A DNA stretch of 62,020 bases, counting the filler, from Choristocarpus tenellus KU-1152 (taxonomy: Eukaryota; Protista; Phaeophyceae), in the NCBI GenBank assembly GCA_964200185.2. It is 13 parts of 13 records of this genome, joined end to end, with 100 filler letters (N's around TTAATTAATTAA, not from the genome) between each part and the next. Parts side by side here need not be neighbours in the genome. Positions count along the whole stretch, not along the records: positions 23,557 to 32,972 come from CAXNAD020003692.1; positions 33,073 to 37,619 come from CAXNAD020014058.1; 11 more parts are not named here. One strand, 5' to 3'. The notes under the pieces were generated by a model. That model was given only the letters and a program-made list of their open reading frames with translations, searched no databases and was not told the DNA's origin. Position 1 is the first letter of the stretch; each line of letters begins with the position of its first letter. Below are positions 26,701 through 37,719 of this stretch, piece by piece. A program made the position numbers and the translations under genes.

Positions 26701-28432
26701 GAGTTGAATTTGTGGAGGAGCAAAGATTTATTTTCGGGGGGGTTGCTGGGTGAGAGGGTAAGCCTCTTGATCGCAAGTTACGCTGTACTTAAAGTCTGGT
26801 ATTTTCTTGCAAGGAGGTTTAACCGCTGGTCTCCTTTTTACTGCAGTTACATGTTCTGTGAATCTTGTCTTGGTTTATAAAGACTACTTGTTTTGTGTTG
26901 AATAATAGCAGAATATTGAAGTTGAATAATTGATTGACAATTCAAACTCAACATTGCATTGTATGGAAGCAACTCGTGTGATGCTTGAGTCACCAGAACT
27001 TGTTGGGCTTGTTGTGATGGGAACCAGTTAGCACAGGTGGGTGTGTTGCGCCGTCATAATGACCATATGATGTCTTCTGAGGAATGGTGGCTCCATCTCA
27101 ATTGGCATCGAGAGAGCTAAACTCAATTTGGTCCACATTATTGCACACTTGAACCTGACTTGGGGTATAGACAAAAGGATGAGGTATGCAGACCTTGTTT
27201 CTACCTGCTTGCTTTCCTCCAATAAAATTGTTGCGAGTTATTCCACAACAGGTTCATGTGTTCAGCTTCGCTGAGTTTTCTTGAGAGATAACACTTTTCA
27301 CAGCACCTTGATTCCCTCATCAAGGCCTGATTATACACCTCCGTGTTCAACTTGATGGCTATTGTCCTTTCTAGGTGGAGAACTGGTTCATCAATACTCG
27401 CATGCGAGTATGGCGACCTGCCATGCGGAGGGCCCTGGAACATGCTGAGGTAGGTGGGGTAGTTGTGAAGGAGAGGGGAGCCTGTATATGATTTGCCTCT
27501 CGTGGGGGAATAGGTTATGGTGATCAGTAGTAATATAGGTGTGTAGGTTAACTTTCGGCGACATGAACGCTGTTTTTCAACTTACTGGTTTTGATGGGGG
27601 CAATGTTGCATCCTCACCCATCCTCGTGCACCATTAATGTACAAACTTTGTACTTGAGATGATATTATTTAGATAATGATCCCCTGACAACGCATAACCC
27701 CCGCTTCCAAAATGCCTTCCAAAGATTAGAATAATATGATAGAAATGTTGTTTGGAAGCTTCGAATATTTTTTTGAATATGTTCCTTGTTCATTCAAGTA
27801 ACGTAGAGGATTTTAATTGTTTTCAAGGAGATTTTGACATGTGAGTGAAAGTATCTTAGAGGGTACGAGTTTTGCCCTGTTTGTCCATTTGGGGCTTGGC
27901 TTTTCATGGGTTTTTAATGACATTTTACCTACACTCCGAAACCGTTCAGAGTAGGTAAAATGTATGCGTTATGAAAAGGTGTGTCAGGAACAAGGATATT
28001 GACATCTCCTAACAAACACGATAGCCAAATTACATCAAAATTGCAACAGTGGATTTTCGCCCCCAATTTGACGCGGCTGTACCCTCTAAGATACTTTGAC
28101 TCATGCACAGCTATCATGGCAGCCATCATTGTACGCAATCTCTATGAATGAGCTCTCCGTGCCTCTCGTATCCTCATTGCCAATTGTTGGTGTACACTGC
28201 AACAGTAATGGACTACTGTACCTGTTTTTTCATGCTCTCAAAAGCATATGGGTCATAACCTCATTATTCTTTGGTGTTACTGCCCTCAACTCTTTGCCAG
28301 CACCATTCACCCCCCTGCCCGGGCATTGAAAACTCTTGCTCTTTTACTATTAACCTGTTTCAGGAAACTGGCTCCTATTCTGAGTTCTCTAAGCTTCTCA
28401 AGCACACAGAGGAGGGCAACGTTTACAAGAAG
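23767..28432 (+). CDS. TALE-class homeodomain transcription factor; partial, at least 7 exons
   Basis: Exons ~23767-24027, 24650-24718, 24958-25046 (GC donor, tentative), 25866-26078, 26539-26629, 27375-27449 and 28364-28432. Spliced homeodomain: KRTRLPAAAVKDMR|TWLHEHWHNPAPSDEEKMAFARKHNIKVKQ|VENWFINTRMRVWRP, with the three-residue loop extension and WFIN. The three homeodomain exons have canonical GT-AG sites and matching phases. Confidence 0.92.
26085..26219. repeat. Perfect 44-bp tandem repeat x3 in a homeobox intron
   Basis: actgtagatatgtgtgacaggtgttggcttgcagtactcttggt at 26085, 26129 and 26173. Confidence 0.97.
27843..28102 (-). mobile_element. MITE family A, full length, in an intron of the TALE gene
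   Basis: 24-bp TIRs with one mismatch (gagtgaaagtatcttagagggtac / gtaccctctaagatactttgactc); flanks ATGT and ATGC. Confidence 0.9.
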
Positions 28433-31400
28433 GTGACTTATTTATTTCCTTTGTTTCAAAATGTATTCTTATGTCCTCTCCGCAACAACGATTCAGAACA
28501 GTGGTAAAAGTCCTTTCGGTAGAGGAGTGGAAGTTTCCACTTTCTAGTTTTTGGCAAAGGACAATGTGCGACAAACTCACAATGTAGCTGCACCGTTGTT
28601 CTCATCTTTCCTGAAAGTGTAACTCCAAACGTCCTGATAAATTTGACTGTGGATTACTAGAGGTGTACGAATGGCTCAAGGTAGAGGTTGTGTGTTTACC
28701 AAGTGTGGAAGAGCACAGAGGTAAATGCTTTTGATGGTGAAAACCTTCTGTCCATGCAAGGTATTTGTTTGATGATTAGAAAAAACCTTGTATGTGTGAC
28801 TGTGTGACTCCACACACATTTCTATTATTGGCGCACGATATTGGGTGTGGAACACAACAAGAATTGAGAAATGAGGGTGGATAGATGGTGTAGACCTTGA
28901 CTGCAGATTTTTCTCCCCTTCCATGCATCTATAAGCCGTACTTTTGGTTCTCACATGGACATTCCACTGTGGTGCATGTCGATCCCCTCCCCTTCTGCTC
29001 TTTGCATCTTGATGATACCAGTTCCTTGAAGGGCGAGAGAAGAAAGATGATGTGGTTGGGTCGGTTGGAGTAGCACCCATTGGGAGAGTGCCAACCCTGC
29101 TTAATTCAAAGCGCAAGCGCCATCACCTACTCTAGACATTCAAACCATTGTTGGGTAGACTGACCTGCCCACTGGTTGTACAGCGACATGAAACCTGCCC
29201 CTAAGGGTGTCCATTTGACATCCTACTCCCTCCTTGTCTAAGTTAAAAAAAATTGAAGGGGGAGGTAGGGGTGAGGTGGGGGGGATTTTGATGGAGGTTT
29301 GGTGTTGAGGGGGAGGTGGGAGATTTATTTGAAGTTTTTTCATGCAGTGGGGGCAGAGAAGAGGAAGAAAAGATACTGTTTTACCACTCCTGTCTGCTGT
29401 AGTGTTTTTTTTTTGTGAAAGGGGGTAGATTCTCTAAGATCGTTATTCTTATTTCTCTTCCCATCCTGTAGTTGGTTTATGGGGTCGTAGATGTAGTTTG
29501 CAATATTTTGCGACCCTGAAAGCATTTCGGATTTTTTGGGAACACTATGTGCCTCTTCATAGTGTATTGTCAATTTGTTTTTCCTTCGAAATCCCTTGCT
29601 TAAAACGGCTTTCAATTGGATCTGAAAAAAAGAGGTGCCGCCTGTGGCAGGAATGGTACCATTTTGTTCAGTTGTGTCTCCGGCACTGTGTGCAATAGTC
29701 TACAGTATTCCCACTTTTTATATGTACATATATACAATTGTTCTGTTCTGTTGATTTTTTGTGCATTGAGTGCTCTACTGTACTGTAGGACTCGAAAGTG
29801 ATGTGGTGGACTACTGCTCTGCTTTTCTCCACGGTATGGTTCAAGACACATTTTAGTGACCTCTAGAAGGCTTTCCGTGATGAGCGACCAGTATCTGACA
29901 TTGATACTCTGTGTCTCGGGTCTGGGTAGTTCTGACCTTTGTATGAAGCATTGTGCTACACTTTGATACTCAGTACAAGCACCATCATTGGGAGTTGTAT
30001 AAGCGAAATAGACCTATGGAGTGATGACCTCCGATTGCTTTAACAACGCATCAGGTGTGATTAATGAATACAGTTCCTGTGTTGATTACACACTACTGGA
30101 AGTTTGTCATAGCAATAGGTGTTGAGAGAGTGAAATATAAGTAAAAGACCTATCTCATCATCACGAAACAGGATTCTTTCCTCTCTTTTTTTTTGTTCCG
30201 TAAAAATGGTTGACGGGTGTCCTTTACCTTGAATGTATTTGTAGTTTTGTCTGTATTGCTTGACGTGTAATAAAGAAACAGCAATATGTTCATCATCAGT
30301 ATGAAGGGTTGATAAAATAGTTTCAACCTTACTATCATCGGTAGTACTTGATTATGGTCCAGGAATTGAGCTATCGCATTTTGGACCTGGACAACTTATT
30401 ACGGCTACACTCGAACTACCATGATGCATTCTCTTTCGAAGCCTATGGAATGATGCCTTCTTTCTTCACAACTGTTACTCCGGAGAGTGAGGATTTTTGG
30501 GGCAGCATATTCATGATACTCAGTGCACACACATTTGATACACAGCATCATTCTCACATATATATCTGGTCATTTAGTGAAGTGGACCAAGGTCAATCCT
30601 ATTCTTGTTACACTGCATGTTAGTGAAATTTATTGATGTAAGCGAAATGATAAAATATGCGAGGACATTATATAATAATATTGTAGTAAAAATAGTAAAA
30701 GTGAGTAGGTCCAGCCGTCAAAATAAAGAACACATACATCATATATCATAAAATGACCACAAGTAGTGCAGGCATATTTATATATATGTCCAGTCATAGT
30801 AATGTATAAAGAATTAGCTTAGTTAGGTGAGTCCCTCAGTAGTAGGACTTCCCTGTATGGTAGGGAGTGATCCAAATGCTTTCTTTCTTGCTGAGTCTGA
30901 TGCTATGCTATGGCGTTGGCAGTCGCCTCTAGGATCAGACCCGTCTTGATTGATTTTGAGATGTATGGCGACTTGATCGGTGATCAGCATATCAAATTAA
31001 ACCTAAGATCAAATGCTGTCCATTGGGGCAAAGATATCCGATGGCAAATTGTTTTGCGTTGAGTTAGTAAATGCCGAAAGGTTCGGTTGAACTGCCAAAA
31101 AGATGAAAATCGTTGAAAATCATATCAAGATTTTTTTGCGACCGAATTTCTTTGCGCCAATCGACTGTCTATAATCAAAGCTTAAATTTGATATGCTAAT
31201 CACCAATCAACTCGCCTTACAACACTTCGAAATTAATCAATATGAGCCGACCTTGACAGTTTCGTTCCTGGAAACACGCTCTGTGCGAGGCTTTCAGAGC
31301 TTAACCTTCGCACGAAGCTCACTACAACGTAGATTGTCCACGCAGAACTCGGCACAATGGTTGTGGAAGCCCCTCTGTCGAAGGATATGCTGGATATCGT

Positions 31401-31701
31401 GGTGCGGTCTCTACTTCCAGGCTTCCAAGTTTCACAGAAGTCGAAGGCTGAGGTTGGGCAGAGCGTACGCGCTGGTGATTGCCGTGTGTCGAGAGGGGAC
31501 TCGCGCTTGATCGAGTGAACCAGTCAATCACTGCGGACCAAGAAATCAAAGAGGGGTCGCGACTACGACGGAGAACGCGTATTTTTGGGCAACCTCGATG
31601 ATGAGGACTGACTGGCTGGCTGCTGTCTAATGGGCTTTTAGGCGTAACAGTGAAGCTACAATAAAAATGAAGAGTTCAGGTTACATACAGACAGATGAGA
31701 C

Positions 31702-31808
31702 ATGGAGGATCACGACTCTTCTTCTCCCGTGAAAAAACTCGTCCTGGGAGAGGAGAAACAGCCCTCCAACCCAGACACTGGACGACGGACGGACGGACGG
31801 ACGTCTAG
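31702..31808 (+). CDS. Putative first coding exon of an unknown gene
   Basis: ATG-initiated MEDHDSSSPVKKLVLGEEKQPSNPDTGRRTDGRTS ends at a perfect AG|GTAAGT donor and follows a CpG-rich stretch (~31000-31650). No homology recognised. Confidence 0.35.
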
Positions 31809-32736
31809 GTAAGTGAGGAAAATCGCCGTCTCGCCCATCGCACATCAACCAACTCCAACCTATCTAATAATATTAGGAGCGATTCAAGGGTCAGATGAAG
31901 CTTTATTCTGACGAAAAACTTGACTCCGATCAAAGTTAGAGCAGGACACATTTTGTCCTAGAGGTGACCACAAACACCATACAGGAACTTAATGTGGTGG
32001 ATACTTAATGTGGTGGATACAAATCTTAGTGTAATAATCAAAGCAAGCATTATGCATTTTCCTTTTCCTAGACATAATGGATGTTAACTACATACGCCAA
32101 TGTTTACATCTTTTTCCCCCTCCGTGTACAGTAGGCAGGTGAACCGCAGAATTTTCTTCAGATTGCATAAAAACTTACTCCCACCCCTGAGCCACTGGAC
32201 GTGGTGCCTGATCAGTGATCTAGGACGTATGAAGGAACTCTCTCTTCTCTCTCCATCTGTTCATGTATTGTGTAATAGGTGTACAGAACTTGTAGATATA
32301 TGAGTGCTCAACTACATGTATCTACTTTAAAGTAGTATAAATGTATCCCTACATAACTCGAAACATAATCCCTCCTCCTACAGCTCAACAGTCAACGAGC
32401 AAGTAAATAACAAGGTGCCTTCGTCCGAGTCTAAGAGGAATTGGATTGCAGTGGAATATAGTTGAGACTCTTGCTGAACAAAGGGAATGTCTCCTGAACG
32501 AGGAACCATAAAGGTGCCACACTTGATGCAAAAAAATGCATTTCATAATCACTACTCTATAGCCCACTCCAACCTATTCAACTCCTTATGTCATCTGAGT
32601 CCCTCTTTAAGATGATGCAACTACACGAGAGATCATCTCCCCAGGGAGGGTCTTTGAGCTGGACTGGGTGTTTTTCACCCTACTCAATGAAGTCTCAATC
32701 TAGGTTTATCCTCCCATTACCCCAAAGTAGCATGCA

Positions 32737-32910
32737 GGCTTAGAAATATCTGGGAGGGGGTGGCAGCTGTCAAGTTGGGGCCCAATTTTTCATGTCGTGA
32801 TTTTTGGATGAATTTGGTTGCATGCATTAGATTGATAATGTAAGTGCACTTCTTCTGGTCAGGGACCAAATAGACACCCTGGTGTAGACCCCCCCCCCCC
32901 CCCCCCCCCC
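32737..32910 (+). mobile_element. MITE family B copy, truncated at poly-C near the contig end
   Basis: Colinear with 35255-35433 (gcatgcat...gataatgtaagtgcacttct.ctggtcagg...gtgtagacccccc). Confidence 0.8.
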
Positions 32911-33072
32911 CCAACCCCCCCCCACCCCCCCCCCCCCCCCCCACCCCACCCCCCACACACCACACACCACACNNNNNNNNNNNNNNNNNNNNNNNNNNNN
33001 NNNNNNNNNNNNNNNNTTAATTAATTAANNNNNNNNNNNNNNNNNNNNNNNNNNNNNNNNNNNNNNNNNNNN

Positions 33073-33133
33073 CGACATGAAAAAATTGACCGCAAATGGA
33101 CCGCCATCCCCCCCCCCCCAGATACTTAGAGCC
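33073..33133 (-). mobile_element. MITE family B terminus at the contig start
   Basis: Poly-C followed by agatacttagagcc; reverse complement of the family B left end. Confidence 0.7.
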
Positions 33134-33426
33134 AAACAGGTTAATCACTTCAGTCACTCTGAGGGATGTAGGATGGAAACAATACATTCCACAGGGAGTA
33201 CGAGCACCGACCCAACATCTTACCCCCTGTTCTTAAATTATATCAGCAATAATTTTACCATGATTTTGACCTCAATTCTGTACTAAATACATACTACTAT
33301 TTGCCTACCATCTTTTAAATCATGACAATTTGGTGTCAGTTCTGGACCAAATGTGTATGGGGTCTAACACTTGGTATCCTTCTGTGTATCAAGTATGCTT
33401 GCGATATCGTAAAGACCAACGACCAA

Positions 33427-33667
33427 TCAAAACTCAAGAATCTTCAGTCCAAGGCTAAGGGTGCCTTGCCTGCCCAACATCTTCAACCCAAGAAACAGCA
33501 GTCCAAGCAAGCAACGAAAACCAAGGCCCCTAAACCTAAGTTTCTGCTGTTCAGGCTTAGACTTAGGTTTAGGGGCCTTGATCTTCACTAGTTGTTTGAA
33601 CTGCTGTTTCTTGAGGTGAGGATGATCGGTTAGGGTTAGCCTTCCACTGAAAATTCTTGAGCTTCGA
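33427..33667 (-). ncRNA. Long imperfect hairpin, candidate miRNA/hairpin-RNA precursor
   Basis: Inner arms 33478-33541 / 33561-33624 (53 of 64 Watson-Crick, ungapped, 19-nt loop). Outer arms 33427-33458 / 33636-33667 (27 of 32). Ten of the 16 non-WC positions are G:U on the minus strand. The inverted repeat is certain; RNA function is inferred. Confidence 0.55.
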
Positions 33668-34717
33668 AGGTTGGGACACCGCCTTCCTGACTATACTGTT
33701 TTCAATTGAGTTAGTTTGGGAATTATTAACCAATTAACCCCGCCATATAGTAAGGACCAACAATCCATTTCTCAGGTAGAGTCTCGATAATGACGGCTTT
33801 GCCCTTGATTATCGACTAAAATATCTTATCTAACACACACACACCAAATGAACGTACACAGACAGGTACCAGTACCGGTACAGGTACAGGTACCGGTACC
33901 GGTACCAGTAGTGAGTACCACTGTACTGCTGCGATGATAAAATATATATATAATTGAATTTTTTTAAAAACGCACGAATAGCATCATCCAAGCCTTCAAA
34001 AAAAAAAAAGGACTATGCAAGAGTGTTCATTTCAAAACACAGCAAGAAAAAGAGGGTAAAAACACACACACACACACACACAGTAACACAATACGTAACA
34101 CAGACAAACAAGATTGTTAGGTACATATTCCTTGCACCTCTGCCTCCACTCTAGACCCTCGTGCAGACATTCCCTTCAAGATCTGCAAGGCTGTATCTTC
34201 CACCCCTGCTTCTCCTGCCACCTGACATACATCAACACACATCAAAATCCATGAGCGGGGCACATGGTGGTGAGGAAGTGAAGCAATGCTAGGTACTCAC
34301 GTGAGGGGAAAAGGGGACCATAAGAACAGAAAAGTCTACCTGTGTTGAGGGCAACAACACTGGAGGATCTGGTTCATTTCGGTTCTACTACTCCTGTGGG
34401 TAGAAAGGCACCTCATACAGCAAGCACACACAAAAACACTCAACCCCATCATGCACTCTAGATGCATGTATATACCATCCATACACCGAAGTGATGGGGA
34501 ACTTTCCAAACATCCAGCTGGTGACAACACCAATTCCGATTTTCATACGCACTTACTTGCTTGCTTGATGTGCAATGACTGTGTCGCTCCTAGAATTTAA
34601 ATTGTCTACAGCTGGCAGGCTAGGCCAGTGCCAGTCTTCCATCACCGTGGATAACATCCGTAACACCCTTAACACCCATTAGTATGGACAACCCTTCACT
34701 GGGCACACTGTCTTGGC

Positions 34718-34753
<36 letters not shown>
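34718..34753. repeat. (AT)n microsatellite
   Basis: Direct observation. Confidence 0.9.
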
Positions 34754-34754
<1 letters not shown>

Positions 34755-35254
34755 GAGGAAGCCCTGGTGGGTAGGTGGGTTATCCTGCCTGACGTCTTAC
34801 TTCCTCCATTAAGAAATTCTGTTCTAAAGGTTTTTCGGGGCAGTTCAATTATGGAAATAAAAAAAACTAGCGCAATGTGTTAATAAAAAAGATGTTGAAC
34901 AAATGTTACAGAATATAATGCAGGCAATTAATCGAGATTTTTCTTGAGGGTGTGCAACGGTTAGATTTGTGTTCTGATTTTTTATCTGACACCACAGAGG
35001 ATGTGCCTGTGGCCGGACATAGTAGAAGCAACGGTTTTCAATATCTTAACTTTTTGTTCAAAAAAGGTTAACATTTTTAGATTTTCGTATGGATGTATAC
35101 ATCCATAGAGCTGGCTATCTTATGTATACACCAAAACTTGAAATATAAAAGTCGACTCCACAATCAACAAATTCTTGCAGTACACCTGGGTAGGTTACAT
35201 ACGCATAGCAGACTCTACAGTAAATGATCTACAAATATTTTTAATTCAGCTTTT

Positions 35255-35433
35255 GGCTCAAAGTATCTTGGGGGGAGGGGGGGGCTGTCCATTCGGGGCC
35301 CACTATTCCATGTGGCGATTTTTGTGCAATTTGGCTGCATGCATCATTGGATAATGTAAGTGCACTTCTCCTGGTCAGGACCCGAACGGACATCCCAGTG
35401 TAGACCCCCCCCCCCCCACAGATACTTTGAGCC
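35255..35433 (+). mobile_element. MITE family B (179 bp), 14-bp perfect TIR GGCTCAAAGTATCT, subterminal poly-G/poly-C, TSD TTTT
   Basis: tttt|ggctcaaagtatct...agatactttgagcc|tttt. Confidence 0.9.
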
Positions 35434-36093
35434 TTTTGAGCAATAACTTGGATGCGGCAGACACTACACCCACATGCAGTTACTTCCCCTGCAATTCAAT
35501 AGCGTGAAAACAACCCTAACCCTAACCCTAACCCTATAGGTGTGATTTCCTCACACCTAATCTGTAAACTGCGTTTGTAGACTGTAATAAACAGCCTAAA
35601 CGCAGCATGGAAAAGACCCCCATAAAAATAATAAAATTATCTGTATTATGTGCATTCATAGCCTGCCTACCTCACAAAGTGTTCAGACTTAAACCTCCAC
35701 AGAGGGAAGAGTACCACTATGACTGTGCCACACAAACTGTGCACAGCCCAAGCTCGTGATCAGACCAAGGTCACCCCACATACACTGGACATTTCAAATG
35801 GGGGGGTGCCCAATTATGGATACTGGGCCAGTGCAATACATGCACTCCTCCATCGAAACCATTCACTGTCTAACCCTAACCCTAAGTCCTCACACAAGTC
35901 CTCACACAAGTCCTCCCATAAAAACTTCAAGGGCATGTCAACATAGCTCTGGAGAGAAAAACCACTTATACACAGGATCCATTTGAAGTGGGGGTGGGGG
36001 GGCAATCTTGACCCTAACCCTAAGTTTCAAGACATTTCCTAACTTTTGCGTCATACACACCATGCCAATTCTTGAAGCATAGTCATCCCCTCT

Positions 36094-36117
36094 AAGGGTT
36101 AGGGTTAGGGTTAGGGT
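36094..36117. repeat. Interstitial telomere-like (TTAGGG)n
   Basis: aagggttagggttagggttagggt; a (CCCTAA)n array also occurs at ~35513-35535. Confidence 0.85.
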
Positions 36118-37563
36118 GGGTTCGACTGTAGAAGAGAATTAGGGTTAAGGGTTAGCTGCAAGTAAATCGTTAACCAAGACAGGACTCCACACACAGACCT
36201 CAAACACACACATACAGCATCACATGCTACCGCCACTTTCCTTGTCAACTCCGCACAGAACATTTCAACACTGCCTCTGAGAAAATTCCAACACTTGAGG
36301 AGAATAGAAGAAACATACTAGGTATTCACGGATCGATCTTCAGGGCACCTACAACTACAAAAGGCAAGCAAGCCAGCACAGGATTAAAACCATTCAAGAG
36401 AGGGGTCGAGATCGAACCCTTTTTGAGCTCCCAAGGCCTTGTTTGAAACACATTGTGCAATACACGACAACATGCCCATGCTTGAAACGAAATTAACACC
36501 CTCAGAAGGCACAGTTAACTGTGCACCAACAGGCCCCCCCTCCCCTGCGACTCAAAGCACACGCACAACATAGGAAACCCTTAAAAAAAAAACTCACAAA
36601 ATCTCCCCAGATAACAAAAAATCGTTATCACTCACAATCAGCATTACAATAGATTGTCAGTCGATCTTGAGAGTGAAATATAGCAATCGAAATCTCTAAG
36701 AAGTAACCAACGCCATCAAGTTCTCTAAGTAACCAACCTGCAACCATCGAGAATACAATGCAAGCACCACAGATGCCCTGTAACAGAACAAATCGTAATG
36801 TACCCAAATGCCACAGACTCATCCTTCGGTTGCCTATGACCATAGCCCTCCCCAGTGCCCCACATGTTGGCGTATGGACATTACCCAGGGGTTACTGGCT
36901 ACTTCACACATGCTCTCTCTCCATTGGGTAATCCACACTCTACCCTAAACCATGAACAGGCATCTGTGAATAGCTCTCTATGACGGTGCCCTTGATCCTC
37001 AAGTACATGGTCCCCCCATCAACAAATTTGTAGCCCACCCCTCCATATCAGTGTTCTCTACACAAGACCCTCTACAATTCCCAAAACGTGCTCTCACTTC
37101 CTTACACCCATATCCTTCCAATCAAATTTCTTTACCAACCTTAACCACCAGCCAGATGAAGGCCATTGCTTACACAACTTAACATCTAGAAACACCTACA
37201 AATATCACCAATAAACAATAAAAAATAAACAATAAAAAACTCCCTCGGTGAACGCCTTCGACACTTGCCTCCCCCTCCCCCCCACAGCCTCCATAAAATC
37301 TCAAAAAAGAAGAAAAAAATCTACACAGTTGGTTAGAAAGGGATCAATTACTGAGTCATTTCCACCAGTCACCATTTGTCGACACTTGCGAGTCATGCTC
37401 CCCTCTCCCCCCCCCCATTCGCTACCCACGACCCATTACCCTCATTGTCAACGGCCCTCAACATACTCCACCTCTAACTTGAGGCAACCAGCTGCGCACA
37501 AGACAACGCCTCCTCAAACAGGGGTGGAGAGAAACTCCCTCCCTCCCCAACAACATACCCCCA

Positions 37564-37617
<54 letters not shown>

Positions 37618-37719
37618 TTNNNNNNNNNNNNNNNNNNNNNNNNNNNNNNNNNNNNNNNNNNNNTTAATTAATTAANNNNNNNNNNNNNNNNNNNNNNNNN
37701 NNNNNNNNNNNNNNNNNNN

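Noticed and set aside
29789-30623. Further candidate exons of the TALE gene (29789-29833, from ~30363)
   Set aside because: More than one frame is open and nothing distinguishes them without transcripts.
34110-34395. Minus-strand exon-like segments (TALQILKGMSARG, PPR-like)
   Set aside because: The two candidates are phase-incompatible in that frame and the similarity is too short.
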